From Vicinamibacteria bacterium (GTDB taxonomy: Bacteria > Acidobacteriota > Vicinamibacteria > Marinacidobacterales > Marinacidobacteraceae), in contig OZ219816.1 of assembly GCA_964291235.2 (NCBI GenBank), positions 1,216,001 to 1,280,000 on the forward strand: 64,000 nt of DNA, written 5' to 3'. A program made the translations under genes and the position numbers. Under the pieces are notes generated by a model. The model saw nothing but the letters and a program-made list of their open reading frames with translations. It had not been told where the DNA came from and searched no databases. Positions 1 through 10,207 of the stretch are shown piece by piece (position 1 is the stretch's first letter; each line of letters opens with the position of its first letter).

Positions 1-1
1 C

Positions 2-1282
2 CTGCGGCGGGCCGTCGCCGGCGACCCGGAGTTGCAGGTTTCCTGCCTCATCCGCACCGCGGAGGGCAAGTACTACCGGGTGGACGTCGTCACCGCGGAC
101 GAGCTCGCCGGCGGCTTTCCCGACACCCGCGAAGAACTCTTCGGCTACGACGGCGTGATCCTCGGCAGCGTGGAAGCGAGCTTCTTCAGCCAGGATCAGC
201 TCAACATGCTTCGCGATTTCGTGAGCCAGCGTGGTGGCGGCCTCCTGACGCTTGGAGGGACGGCGGCTTTCGGCGAGGGTGGCTACCGGGATACGCCCCT
301 CGCCGAGGTCTTGCCCCTCACGCTGCCCGAAGCGGTTCCCGCTTCCGGCGCCGCCGGATCGCCGACACCGTCGGTTTTCCGTGAGCTGCGGATTCTCCCG
401 ACGCGGGCCGGCTCCCTCCACCCCGTTGTTCGACTGGACGCGGACCCGTTGGCCAACGAGGATCTCTACCGGAACCTGCCTCCGCTCTCCAGCGTCAATC
501 GGGTGGCGGGAGCCAAACCCGGCGCGGCGGTGCTCCTCGAGGGTTTGGGTCCGGCCGAAGAGGCGGAGCCGGTGCTTCTGATCCAGAGATTTGGCCGGGG
601 ACGGGCGGCAAGCCTGACGGTCCAGGACCTTTGGGTGTGGCAGATGGACGCGACGATCCCGGTCGAGGACGAGACCCACGAGCTGCTGACGCGCCGCCTG
701 CTCCGCTGGCTGGCGGCCGATTCCCCCCGGCAGTTGGAGGTCACGGCGGATCCGGCCAAATCACAGGTCGGGGAGCGCGTCACCCTGCGGGCGCGGGTGG
801 AAGACGAACGGTTCCTGGCGGTGAACGACGCGCTGGTGGAGGCGGAGGTCACCGGACCGGACGGGGTCACCTCGGTGGTGCCGCTGCGCTGGACGGGGCA
901 GGGGGACGGTGAGTACTCCGGCGTTTATGTCAGCGGTGAGAGCGGCACGCATCAGGTGGAGGTAAGCGCCGCCGGCGCCGGGCTCGCAGGGGATTCCGGA
1001 GCGCCCCGGTCCGAGACGTCCTTTGAGGCCGGCATCGTGGAGGACGAGTTTTTCGACGCGGAGGCGGATCCCGACCTGCTCCAGCGCATCGCGGAGGCTA
1101 CGGGCGGCCGGGTCTTCGAAGCCGATGAGGCCGAACAGCTGGTTATGGACCTGAGCCTCGCGGAGTCGGGCACCACCGTCGTTGACCGCCGGGATCTGTG
1201 GAACGTTCCGGCGGTGTTCTTGCTGTTGTTCGGGCTGCTGGCCACCGAATGGGGTGTCCGCCACACCCGGGGGCTTCCGTGA
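2..1282 (+). CDS. Membrane-anchored protein with glutamine-amidotransferase-like (DUF1355-type) domain; 5'-truncated by the window edge
   Basis: Frame is open from base 2. Motifs YDGVILGSVEASFF, FVSQRGGGLLTLGG and QRFGRGR, plus a C-terminal TM ending LLATEWGVRH, are typical of genes in MoxR/vWA operons. Confidence 0.75.
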   Translation: MRRAVAGDPELQVSCLIRTAEGKYYRVDVVTADELAGGFPDTREELFGYDGVILGSVEASFFSQDQLNMLRDFVSQRGGGLLTLGGTAAFGEGGYRDTPLAEVLPLTLPEAVPASGAAGSPTPSVFRELRILPTRAGSLHPVVRLDADPLANEDLYRNLPPLSSVNRVAGAKPGAAVLLEGLGPAEEAEPVLLIQRFGRGRAASLTVQDLWVWQMDATIPVEDETHELLTRRLLRWLAADSPRQLEVTADPAKSQVGERVTLRARVEDERFLAVNDALVEAEVTGPDGVTSVVPLRWTGQGDGEYSGVYVSGESGTHQVEVSAAGAGLAGDSGAPRSETSFEAGIVEDEFFDAEADPDLLQRIAEATGGRVFEADEAEQLVMDLSLAESGTTVVDRRDLWNVPAVFLLLFGLLATEWGVRHTRGLP

Positions 1283-2382
1283 TCCGCCGGCCCCCGGGAC
1301 GCGTTGGGGCACGCGGCTGCGGGGCGCTTCGGTGGTCTCTCCCCGGCATTTCCCGGCGCCTCGCTCCCGTTTTCGTTGGCGCGTTGTCCCTGAGCGGAAG
1401 CGTTACGGGGGCGGCGCCGCTTGCGGAGGGCGGGCGCGGCGCGGCGCCGGCGCTGCTGATCGTTGCGGGGGTCGGCGGCTCACCGGAACATCGGGAGCGC
1501 TTTTCCGGTTGGGCGCATGATCTTTGCGCCGCGGTGGCGGCCCTGCCGGTTCCGGCGCAAGTTCGGGTTCTGGTGGAACGCCCACCCGAGGGAGCGGACG
1601 ACGAGGACCGCTGCGCCCCCGCCGGCCGGAGCACCGAGGAAGAGTTGTCCCGCCAGATCGCCGCTCTCGCAGGGACTGCTGACGGAGGTCTTGTGCTCAT
1701 CCTGCTGGGACACGGAACCGGAGGGGGCAACCCGCGCTTCCAGCTCCCGGGGCCCGACCTTTCTCCGGAGCGCCTTCGGGAAATGCTGGAAGCCCTTGAG
1801 CCGCAACCGGTGACCATCGCCCATCTCGGGAGCGCGGCGGGAGCCTTCGTGGCCCCGCTTTCGGGAGCAGGGCGGGTGGTGCTCGCGGCGTCGCGCGCCC
1901 ACGAGACGAACGAGACCCGTTTCGCCCGGCATTTCATCGCTTCTTTTGCCGGGGAGGATGCGGACCGGAACAAGGACGGGTCTTTGTCGGCGCTGGAAGC
2001 TTTCGAGTTTGCGCGGGTCGCAGTGGAGCGCGAATACGAGAGCGAGGGGCTGCTGCGGAGCGAGCACGCACTCCTCGACGACAACGGAGACGGTGTCGGA
2101 AGCCTTGAACCGGAGATGGCCGCGGGGTCGGACGGCGTTGTCGCCGGCCGGCGGCCGTTGCTGTTTCGAACCGCGGAGGCGGCAGGCGACCGCGGGGCGG
2201 ATTCACCGGAATTGCGGGAACTCGTCTCGGAGCGGGACGAGCTGGTTGCCCGGGTGGATGCCCTCCGCGAGGCCAGGAGCGGTGTGGACGAGGAAACCTA
2301 CCTGGCGGAACTCGAGCGGCTCCTGTTGCGGATTGCGGAGATCTCCGAGCGGATCGCGGCGCTGAGGGAGACACCCGAATGA
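1279..2382 (+). CDS. Secreted caspase-fold (clan CD)-like hypothetical protein
   Basis: The GTG start overlaps the upstream stop (GTGA). Shows signal-like N-terminus, LLIVAGVGG, LILLGHG and DADRNKDGSLSALEAF, and a C-terminal coiled coil. Confidence 0.6.
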   Translation: MIRRPPGRVGARGCGALRWSLPGISRRLAPVFVGALSLSGSVTGAAPLAEGGRGAAPALLIVAGVGGSPEHRERFSGWAHDLCAAVAALPVPAQVRVLVERPPEGADDEDRCAPAGRSTEEELSRQIAALAGTADGGLVLILLGHGTGGGNPRFQLPGPDLSPERLREMLEALEPQPVTIAHLGSAAGAFVAPLSGAGRVVLAASRAHETNETRFARHFIASFAGEDADRNKDGSLSALEAFEFARVAVEREYESEGLLRSEHALLDDNGDGVGSLEPEMAAGSDGVVAGRRPLLFRTAEAAGDRGADSPELRELVSERDELVARVDALREARSGVDEETYLAELERLLLRIAEISERIAALRETPE

Positions 2383-5138
2383 GACGGCCGACGCGCGGCG
2401 TCGCGGGCCGGATGGGAAGGCTTGCCCTCAGCGCATCGTGTCTCGTCTGGCTGGCCGCCGGGGGCGCGGCCTCCCCAGGGGGTGGCGCGCCGGAGCAGGC
2501 TCGCGATGCGCCGGAAAGCGCCTGGCCTGGAGGGCCCGCGGCGGCGGCCGCGGCGCTTCGCTCCGGCAACTACGACGAAGCCGAAGCGGCCTACCGGGCT
2601 TCGCTCGCGGAGCCCGGCGCGCGCCTCGGCCTCGCCGAGACGCTTCGGCTGACGGGAAGATATCGGGAGGCGCTCGGGATGCTGGAAGCCGGGACGCCGT
2701 CGGAACCGCCTTCCGTGGCGACTCTCCTGGCCCGGGCGGAAATCCATCTGGAAATCGGCGAGGCCGCGGACGCGGAGGCGCTCCTCCGCCGCATCCTGGA
2801 GGATGAGGGATCCGGAGGCGGTGGGATCTCCGGAGGCGGAAAAATCGAGGTCCGGGCCGAGACCGCGCTCGCCCTGCTCGAACTCCGCCGGGGGGAGCAG
2901 AAGGCCGGGCTGGCCCGGCTCGACCGGGTCATCGACATCTACAACGGGTCACCGGGAGTCCCCTTCAGTGCCCGGGAGCTCGTCGCGGTCGGGCAGGCCG
3001 CCGCCGCCCTCGGATTCCAGAATTCGGGACTCTTCCGTGACGCTCTGCGGGTCTTCGACACCGCCGTGCGCCTGGACCCCGGAGATCCGCTCCCACTGCT
3101 GCTGGCCAGCGAACTTCTCCTTGACAAGTACAACACCGCCGAGGCGGTCGAGAGCATCGGCGCCGTCCTCCGGGACAACCCGAGGCACCCGTGGGCGCTC
3201 CTTCTGATGGCGCGGGTCCAGCAGCGCCAGGGTGGCTCCTTGTCCGCGGACGGCGTGCTGGCGGACCCGCTGGCCGAATCCCTGGAGGCCAACCCGAAGT
3301 TCCCACCGGCGCGGGCGCTGGAGGTCCACCGGCTCCTCGAGCAGGAACGCCGCTCCGAGGCGGAGAGCCGGGCGGTGGCGGCCGTCGAGGCGCTACCCGC
3401 GTCCCCGGACACCATCGCCGCGCTGGCCGCGGTCCGCTTCCTGGCGAACGACGACGCGGCGCTGGCCGCGCTGGAAGGGCGGTACCAGGAGGACTGGGCC
3501 GGAGATCCGCTGCTCGATCTCGCGCTGGCGTCGGCCGCCGAACGGCGGCGCTGGTACCGGGAGGCGGCCCGGCGAAGCCGGGCCGCCCTGGAGCGGCGAC
3601 CGGATTCGGCAACCGCGTTTCGCCTGCTGGGGCTGAACCTGCTCCGCCTGGGGGAGATCGAGGCGGGGCGGAAGGCGCTGGAGGAAGCATTCGGTCGCGA
3701 TCCGTTCGACGCCCTGGTCAAGAACACGCTCGACCTGCTCGACGAAATGCAGGGATTCGAGACGGTGGCGGCGCCGCCCTTCGAGTTCGTCCTGCCGGCC
3801 GGCGAGGCGGCGCTGCTCGGCCCTTACGTGGAAGAAATCTCCCGGGAGGCGGTGGAATCCTTCAGGAGCCGCTACGGATACGAGCCGCCGGAGAGGCTGC
3901 GGATCGAAATCTACGACCGGTCCGCCGACTTCTCCGTACGGACCGTTGGAGTTACCGGAATCGGCGCTCACGGGGTGTGTTTTGGGAACGTGATCGCGAT
4001 GGAGTCCCCATCGGCGCGTGAGATCGGGTCCTACCACTGGGCCTCCACGCTGTGGCACGAGCTGGCGCACGCGGTGTCCATGGGACTTACCGACAACCGG
4101 GTTCCTCGCTGGTTTACGGAGGGCCTCAGCATGTTGGAGGAGCGCCGGCGTTTCGGTGACGGAGCCGGACTGGCGTTCTTCGCCGCCCTCCGGGACGGAA
4201 GGCTTCTCGACGTCCCGCACCTGAACGACGGCTTCGTCCGGCCGACCTGGCCGGGCCAGGTGGGGATTTCCTACTTCCACGCCTCCCTGGTGTTGGAACA
4301 CATCGAGACGGAGTACGGGTTTCCCGCCATTTTGGAGATGCTCTCCGGGTACCGGGACGGCCTGGACACGGTGGAGGTCATCGAGCAGGTTCTGGGAACC
4401 ACCCCGAAAGCGCTGGACGACGCGGTCGATGCCCTCATGGACACGCGTTTCGGCGCTACCGTCCGGGGGCTCGAGCGATCCGCGGCGCACGGCACACCAC
4501 CTCCGGCTGTGCCCCTTCCCGAGGGAAAGCCCTCCATCGAGGCACTCGTCCTCGAGGCGGATGCGGCGCCGGAGGATTTCGTCCTCCAGCTCCGCGCCGG
4601 AATCGCGCTTCACGAGGCCGGGCGGAATGACGAAGCCACCGCGCGGTTCGAGGCCGCCGCGGAACTCGCTCCCGAATACGGTGGCCCCGATGCTCCGCAC
4701 CGCTACCTTTCGGTGCTGTATGCCGAGGCGGAGGACCTCGAGGCGGCCCGAGGCTCGCTCCGGCGGCATCTAAGCCGGTTCCCGGCGGCTTACGAGGACT
4801 GGCTCCGGCTGGCGGCGATGTATTCGGGAGCAGAGGAGGCGCCAGAAGCGCACCGAGCCTTGCAATCCGCAATCGAGGCGTATCCGATGCTCCCCGAACC
4901 GCACGAACGGCTCGCGGAGGCGGCCGAGCGCCAGAGCCTGCCCGATCTTGAGGTTCGCGAGCGCCTCGCGGCCCTGGCGAGCGGCGCCCCGGACCGGGTC
5001 GGCGCGCTCTATTCGCTGGCTGCTGCGCACTTCCGTGCGGGAGAGCGCGAGATGGCCCGGCGCCGGGTCCTCGAGGCCCTGGAAATCGCCCCCACCTTCG
5101 ACCCCGCCCTGCGGCTTTTGCTGAATCTAAGAAGATAA
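2379..5138 (+). CDS. Tetratricopeptide-repeat protein with peptidase MA-like zinc metallopeptidase domain
   Basis: Ala-rich helical repeats and the HExxH...E motif WHELAHAVSMGLTDNRVPRWFTEGLS; ATGA overlap with the upstream gene. Confidence 0.8.
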   Translation: MRRPTRGVAGRMGRLALSASCLVWLAAGGAASPGGGAPEQARDAPESAWPGGPAAAAAALRSGNYDEAEAAYRASLAEPGARLGLAETLRLTGRYREALGMLEAGTPSEPPSVATLLARAEIHLEIGEAADAEALLRRILEDEGSGGGGISGGGKIEVRAETALALLELRRGEQKAGLARLDRVIDIYNGSPGVPFSARELVAVGQAAAALGFQNSGLFRDALRVFDTAVRLDPGDPLPLLLASELLLDKYNTAEAVESIGAVLRDNPRHPWALLLMARVQQRQGGSLSADGVLADPLAESLEANPKFPPARALEVHRLLEQERRSEAESRAVAAVEALPASPDTIAALAAVRFLANDDAALAALEGRYQEDWAGDPLLDLALASAAERRRWYREAARRSRAALERRPDSATAFRLLGLNLLRLGEIEAGRKALEEAFGRDPFDALVKNTLDLLDEMQGFETVAAPPFEFVLPAGEAALLGPYVEEISREAVESFRSRYGYEPPERLRIEIYDRSADFSVRTVGVTGIGAHGVCFGNVIAMESPSAREIGSYHWASTLWHELAHAVSMGLTDNRVPRWFTEGLSMLEERRRFGDGAGLAFFAALRDGRLLDVPHLNDGFVRPTWPGQVGISYFHASLVLEHIETEYGFPAILEMLSGYRDGLDTVEVIEQVLGTTPKALDDAVDALMDTRFGATVRGLERSAAHGTPPPAVPLPEGKPSIEALVLEADAAPEDFVLQLRAGIALHEAGRNDEATARFEAAAELAPEYGGPDAPHRYLSVLYAEAEDLEAARGSLRRHLSRFPAAYEDWLRLAAMYSGAEEAPEAHRALQSAIEAYPMLPEPHERLAEAAERQSLPDLEVRERLAALASGAPDRVGALYSLAAAHFRAGEREMARRRVLEALEIAPTFDPALRLLLNLRR

Positions 5139-5144
5139 CCGGCA

Positions 5145-6038
5145 ATGTTCGTGTCGCCTCCCGGCCGTGGCCCAGGAAAACACCCTCTCCGGATCCGCCT
5201 CGTGGCGCTGCTTCCGATGGCGATGGGCGCCGGCCTTTTCGCCGCTGGCCTGTTCGCCGCCAGCCGGTTGGGCGAGCCCCCCGCGGATCCGCCCGGAAGG
5301 GACGCCGTCGAGCTCACCGCGACCTTCCGTCCGGACCCGAATGCGGTGGAATTTCCGCTCGACTACGAAAACTACCCCTACAGCGATCGTTTCACGTTCG
5401 CGCGGATCCGCTTCGAACCCCCGCAGTATCGGCGCGGTCGGTTCTACTGGGGGCTCGACCTGAAGTGGAACCACGACTACCCATGGGGAGAGCAGAACTT
5501 CACCCGGATCCTCGGCGAATACACCTCCCTCACCCTCAACGAGGGAGGTGGCGACATCTACTCGCTCAATGAGGCCGCGCTCTTCCGCCGCCCCTTCGCG
5601 TATCTGTGCGAGGTGGGGTTCTGGCATCCGAGCGATCAGGAGGCGGAGAACCTGCGCGCCTGGCTGCTCAAGGGTGGGTTCCTGGTGGTGGACGACTTCG
5701 TCCAGCCCCGCCAACTCGGCAATTTTCTGGACCAGATGGGGCGCGTCCTTCCCGACTACGACGCGGTGGAGCTCGACGTTTCGCACCCGGTCTTCGATTC
5801 CTTCTTCCACATCGAGACACTCGACTTCGAGCACGCCGTGCGTCCGGATCTCGTGCCCGTGTACTACGGATTCTTCGAGAACAACGATCCGAACCAGCGC
5901 CTCATGGTGATTGCCAACTACAACCACGACATCGGCGACTACTGGGAGTGGTCAGGCAATGCCTACTGGCCGGTGGCGCTCACCAACGAGGCGTTCAAGC
6001 TGGGTGTGAACTACGTGATTTACGGAATGATTCATTGA
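5145..6038 (+). CDS. DUF4159 domain protein
   Basis: FTFARIRF, WNHDYP, PFAYLCEVG, LRAWLLKGGFLVVDDF and AFKLGVNYVIY motifs. Confidence 0.8.
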   Translation: MFVSPPGRGPGKHPLRIRLVALLPMAMGAGLFAAGLFAASRLGEPPADPPGRDAVELTATFRPDPNAVEFPLDYENYPYSDRFTFARIRFEPPQYRRGRFYWGLDLKWNHDYPWGEQNFTRILGEYTSLTLNEGGGDIYSLNEAALFRRPFAYLCEVGFWHPSDQEAENLRAWLLKGGFLVVDDFVQPRQLGNFLDQMGRVLPDYDAVELDVSHPVFDSFFHIETLDFEHAVRPDLVPVYYGFFENNDPNQRLMVIANYNHDIGDYWEWSGNAYWPVALTNEAFKLGVNYVIYGMIH

Positions 6039-6066
6039 TGGCTGATACGCCGAAACGGAGGATCTC

Positions 6067-7125
6067 TTGTCAGAACAGGACCTGAACCCAGGGGGCGGCG
6101 GAGCCGCGGTCATGGAGCCGCCGGCCGCCTCCGACGGCGAACTCGCCGAGCGTCTGCGCGAGGCCGCCGAGCGCACCACCGGCGAAATCCGGAAGCGGAT
6201 CATCGGACAGGAAAAGGCGGTGGAGGAGGTGTTGATCAGCCTCCTCGTGGGTGGCAACAGCATCATCACCGGCGTTCCCGGGCTCGCCAAGACACTCATC
6301 GTCCAGACCCTCTCGGAGGTTCTGGCGCTGCGCTTTCAGCGGATCCAGTTCACCCCGGACCTGATGCCGTCGGACATCACCGGGACGGACATCATCCAGG
6401 AGAATCCGGAAACCGGAAAGCGCAACCTGGTCTTCGTTCCCGGCCCGGTTTTCGCGAACATCGTGCTGGCGGACGAAATCAACCGGACCCCACCGAAAAC
6501 CCAATCGGCTCTCCTGGAGGCGATGCAGGAGCACCAGGTGACGGTGCAGGGCCGCACCTATCCCTTGCCTGAACCCTATTTCGTGTTCGCGACCCAGAAC
6601 CCGATCGAACTGGAGGGCACCTATCCGCTTCCCGAGGCCCAGCTCGACCGTTTCCTCTTCAACATCATCATCGACTATCTGCCCGTCGATCAGGAGCGCG
6701 ATGTGGTTCGCTCGACAACGTCCGACCACGCCGCGGACCTGGAGAACGTCCTCTCGGGTGAGGAACTGCTCGAGTTCCAGCGGCTGGTGCGCCGGGTTCC
6801 GGTCTCGGAACCCGTACTCGCCTACGCCGTGGAACTGGCGCGCCGCAGCCGCCCCGGCGAGCCCGGAGCTCCGGATTTCGTGAACGAACAGGTCCAGTAC
6901 GGCGCCAGCGTCCGCGCGGCGCAGTTCTCGGTCCTCGGCGGGAAAGCGCGCGCGTTGATTCACGGCCGGCATCACGTGGCGATCGAAGACGTGCAGGCGC
7001 TGGCGCCTCCCATTTTCCGGCACCGGGTGTTGCCGAACTTCCACGCGCAGTCGGAAAAGGTGGACTCCGAAGCCATCGTCCGGCGGCTCATCGAGGAAGT
7101 GCCGGTTCCGTCCTCGCGGATGTAG
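6067..7125 (+). CDS. moxR: MoxR-family AAA+ ATPase
   Basis: Walker [24 protein letters not shown], Walker B LADEINR and [22 protein letters not shown]; GGAGG RBS before the TTG start. Confidence 0.95.
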   Translation: MSEQDLNPGGGGAAVMEPPAASDGELAERLREAAERTTGEIRKRIIGQEKAVEEVLISLLVGGNSIITGVPGLAKTLIVQTLSEVLALRFQRIQFTPDLMPSDITGTDIIQENPETGKRNLVFVPGPVFANIVLADEINRTPPKTQSALLEAMQEHQVTVQGRTYPLPEPYFVFATQNPIELEGTYPLPEAQLDRFLFNIIIDYLPVDQERDVVRSTTSDHAADLENVLSGEELLEFQRLVRRVPVSEPVLAYAVELARRSRPGEPGAPDFVNEQVQYGASVRAAQFSVLGGKARALIHGRHHVAIEDVQALAPPIFRHRVLPNFHAQSEKVDSEAIVRRLIEEVPVPSSRM

Positions 7126-7146
7126 CTCCCGAACTTGCCACGAACC

Positions 7147-8097
7147 ATGCCGGCCGCCCGGACCCGGTTCATCGATCCGGCGGCGCTCGCGCGGATCCAG
7201 AACCTGTCGCTGGTCGCGAAGATGGTGGTCCAGGGATTCATCAGCGGCCTCCATCGCTCGACCTTTCTCGGCCGCTCCATCGACTTTGCGGAACATCGGC
7301 CCTACATGCCCGGCGATGACATTCGCCGCCTCGACTGGCGGCTCTTCGCGCGTTCGGATCGCTTCCACGTCAAGGAGTTCGAGGCCGACACGAACGCCAA
7401 TTTCGTGGTTGCGGTGGATGTGTCGCGCTCGATGGATTTCGGCTGGCGGGGCATCCGGAAACTGGACTACGCGCGTTTCCTGGCGGGCAGCCTGACTGCG
7501 TTTTCGCGCGGCCAGCGCGACCGGGTGGGGCTCGCAATCTTCGACCACGAACTTCGGGAGTTCGTGCCCCCGTCGGCAAAGCACCTGGAGACGGTTCTCC
7601 AGCACCTCGCGCGGGCGGCGCCGTCCGCCGAGCCCGTGGGGCGGGGCAAGGACGCGGGCGCCTCCGGTCTCGAAGCGCCGCTTGCCCGGCTCGGTGCGGC
7701 GCTCGGCCGGCGGGGGCTGATCGCGGTGGTGTCCGATTTCTACGAGCCCCCCGACCGGGTCCTGGCGGCGTTCGACCGGCTTCGCGTGGCCGGGCACGAC
7801 ATCATGGCGTTTCACGTACTGGATCCGGCCGAGCTGGATCTCGATCTGGACGGGGCTGCCGGATTCGAGGAGTCCGGGACCCGGTTCCGCGATCTCGAGT
7901 CGGGAGCTGTCCTCGACCTTTCTCCGGCGCGCGCCCGCGAGCGGTATCGCAGCGCGATGTCGGAACACATTGGCGCGCTCAGAAAGGGGCTCGGCCGCCG
8001 CGACGTGGACTATGTGCTCACCGACACCAAGACCCCCCTTGATTTCGCGTTGTTCCGCTATCTGAGCCAACGCGAAGGTCGCCGCCGCCGTCGCTAA
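7147..8097 (+). CDS. DUF58 domain (vWA-like) protein
   Basis: GLHRS..GRSIDFAEHRPYMPGDDIRRLDW and VDVSRSM; directly follows moxR. Confidence 0.9.
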   Translation: MPAARTRFIDPAALARIQNLSLVAKMVVQGFISGLHRSTFLGRSIDFAEHRPYMPGDDIRRLDWRLFARSDRFHVKEFEADTNANFVVAVDVSRSMDFGWRGIRKLDYARFLAGSLTAFSRGQRDRVGLAIFDHELREFVPPSAKHLETVLQHLARAAPSAEPVGRGKDAGASGLEAPLARLGAALGRRGLIAVVSDFYEPPDRVLAAFDRLRVAGHDIMAFHVLDPAELDLDLDGAAGFEESGTRFRDLESGAVLDLSPARARERYRSAMSEHIGALRKGLGRRDVDYVLTDTKTPLDFALFRYLSQREGRRRRR

Positions 8098-8106
8098 CAG
8101 CCTCAA

Positions 8107-10152
8107 ATGAGTTTTCTGGCGCCGCTCTTCCTGTTGGGCGGGCTCCTCGTGGCGATTCCGGTGATCCTCCACCTGACGCGCCGAAGACGCGAACCCGTCC
8201 AATTCCCCTCCTTCCTGCTGCTGCAGATGACGAGCGCGACCGCCCGTTTCAAGCGCCGCCGCTTCCGCAACATTCCGCTGCTGATCCTTCGCTGTCTCGC
8301 CCTGTTGCTGCTGGCCGCGGCATTCGCCGAACCGGTACTGCGGGGCGGCGCGTTCGCCGCCTCCGGCGAGGATCCGGTGGATCTGGCGGTCGTGGTGGAC
8401 CGGTCGCTGAGCATGACGGTGGGAAACCGCATGGATTCCGCCCGGGAACTCGCCGCCGACGAGTTGAGCACGTTGGGGCGCGACGATCGCGCCGTGATGG
8501 TCGGCTTTGACGAGCGGGCGGAGGCGCTGACCGAACTGACCGGGGACGCCGGGATTCTCGGGCCTGCGGTGGCGGGGCTCACGGCCGGGGAAGGAGGCAC
8601 GAGCTTCGTGTCGGCGCTGGGCCTCGCGGGTCGGCTGCTTCCCCGGACCACGGGACGGCGACGGGAAGTCGTGCTGATTTCGGATCTCCAACGGAGCGGC
8701 TTCGAGGAGGGCCGGCCGGAGCCGAGCCTGCCGTCCGGGGTCGGGTTCCGGGTGCGGGAAGTCGGCCAGGGGGCGCCGGCGAATGCCTGGGTGGCCGGAG
8801 TCGCGCTGGTGCCGGAAGGGCGGGATCAACTCGTGGTGACGGCCGAGCTCCGCTTCGCGCCGTCCCCGGGGCAGCCGGAGTGGAGCGGCGAGGCGGAACT
8901 CGTGCTCTCCGGCAGGACGGTGGACCGGCAGACTCTGAGCGTGACAGACGATCGATTGGCGACCGCCCGGTTCGCTCCGGTCTTGCGCCCTAGCGAACCG
9001 CTCGCCGCGGAGATACGGCTTCCCGGAGACGCGCTCGGCGGGGATGACCGCTTCCACTTCGTGGTGCATCCCGAGGCGGCGATTCAGGTCGCCGATCTCG
9101 GAGGTGATCCAGCCTCGGTGTACGTGCAGGAGGCGCTCGGTGTCGGCATCGCCCCCGGATTCCTCCTCGATCGGGGCCCGGCTCGCGGCGAGCGGGCGGT
9201 GCGGCAATCGCTTGCGGAGAATGAAGTGGCGCTGGTCCGCGATCCGGGACGGTTGGACGCCGGAGCGGTGCGCGCGGTCAGGGAGTTCGTGGAGGCGGGC
9301 GGCGGCCTGGTGATGGCGATGGGGCCCCGGCGCCTCTCGGGGGCCGCGGTTGCCGAGCTCGAGACATTGATACCGGCGCGGCCGGCAGGGTTCGTGGACC
9401 GCGATCCAGCCGGCCGATTCGGAGACCTGGCGGCCCGGCATCCCATCTTCGCACCGTTCGGGGGCGAAGGGCCGGCCGGGCTTGGAGGGCTTTCGTTCTT
9501 TCGCTACCGGGACCTTGGCGAGACCACTCCGGACGCCGAGGTGCTGGCGCGATTCGACGACGGGAAACCCGCCGTGGTCGCATCCGGCCGGGGCGAAGGC
9601 CGGGTCCTTCTCTTCGCGTCCTCACTCGATGCGGAATGGACCGATCTCCCGCGCCGCCCCGCCTTCGTTCCCTTCCTGCACCGGCTGGTCGAGGTCGCCG
9701 CCGGTTACGAGCGGATTCCGGTCGCCTACCGGGTGGGCGAAAGCGTGGACCCGCACGGCGCGTTCCGGTTGGGCCCGGCGCCGGACGCCGAAGCCGGCGA
9801 GGTGCTGGCGGATTCCCCTTCCGGGGAACGTACCGTCCTGAGGGGGAACGACGCTCTGCGACTGGAGGAGGCGGGCGTGTATCGGGCGCGGCGCCCCGGA
9901 GCGGCGGAGTTCCGGCAGATCGGAGTGAATTCGCCGGTGGCCGAATCGGACCTTCGCACCCTCGATCCGGCGGACGTGCGGATGGCCGCCGCGGCCCCGG
10001 CCGAACCGGAGACGGTCGCGGTGCAGGCCGCGACAACCCCCGAGGCGGGGGGCCAGGCGGTGGCATGGTTGCTGTTGTCCGGGCTCTTGCTGCTGCTGGC
10101 GAGCGAGGCGTGGGCCGCGAACCGGAGGGTGGCGCCGGTGCAGCCGGAATGA
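8107..10152 (+). CDS. BatA N-terminal double-TM + vWA domain membrane protein
   Basis: MSFLAPLFLLG..IPVILHL (BatA-type N-terminus), MIDAS-like VVDRSLSM, LISD and a C-terminal TM. Confidence 0.85.
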   Translation: MSFLAPLFLLGGLLVAIPVILHLTRRRREPVQFPSFLLLQMTSATARFKRRRFRNIPLLILRCLALLLLAAAFAEPVLRGGAFAASGEDPVDLAVVVDRSLSMTVGNRMDSARELAADELSTLGRDDRAVMVGFDERAEALTELTGDAGILGPAVAGLTAGEGGTSFVSALGLAGRLLPRTTGRRREVVLISDLQRSGFEEGRPEPSLPSGVGFRVREVGQGAPANAWVAGVALVPEGRDQLVVTAELRFAPSPGQPEWSGEAELVLSGRTVDRQTLSVTDDRLATARFAPVLRPSEPLAAEIRLPGDALGGDDRFHFVVHPEAAIQVADLGGDPASVYVQEALGVGIAPGFLLDRGPARGERAVRQSLAENEVALVRDPGRLDAGAVRAVREFVEAGGGLVMAMGPRRLSGAAVAELETLIPARPAGFVDRDPAGRFGDLAARHPIFAPFGGEGPAGLGGLSFFRYRDLGETTPDAEVLARFDDGKPAVVASGRGEGRVLLFASSLDAEWTDLPRRPAFVPFLHRLVEVAAGYERIPVAYRVGESVDPHGAFRLGPAPDAEAGEVLADSPSGERTVLRGNDALRLEEAGVYRARRPGAAEFRQIGVNSPVAESDLRTLDPADVRMAAAAPAEPETVAVQAATTPEAGGQAVAWLLLSGLLLLLASEAWAANRRVAPVQPE

Positions 10153-10207
10153 GGGTTGTCCCGACGGCGCCCATCGCGGTTGCCTATACTGCGTCCGCCC
10201 GCCTTCC

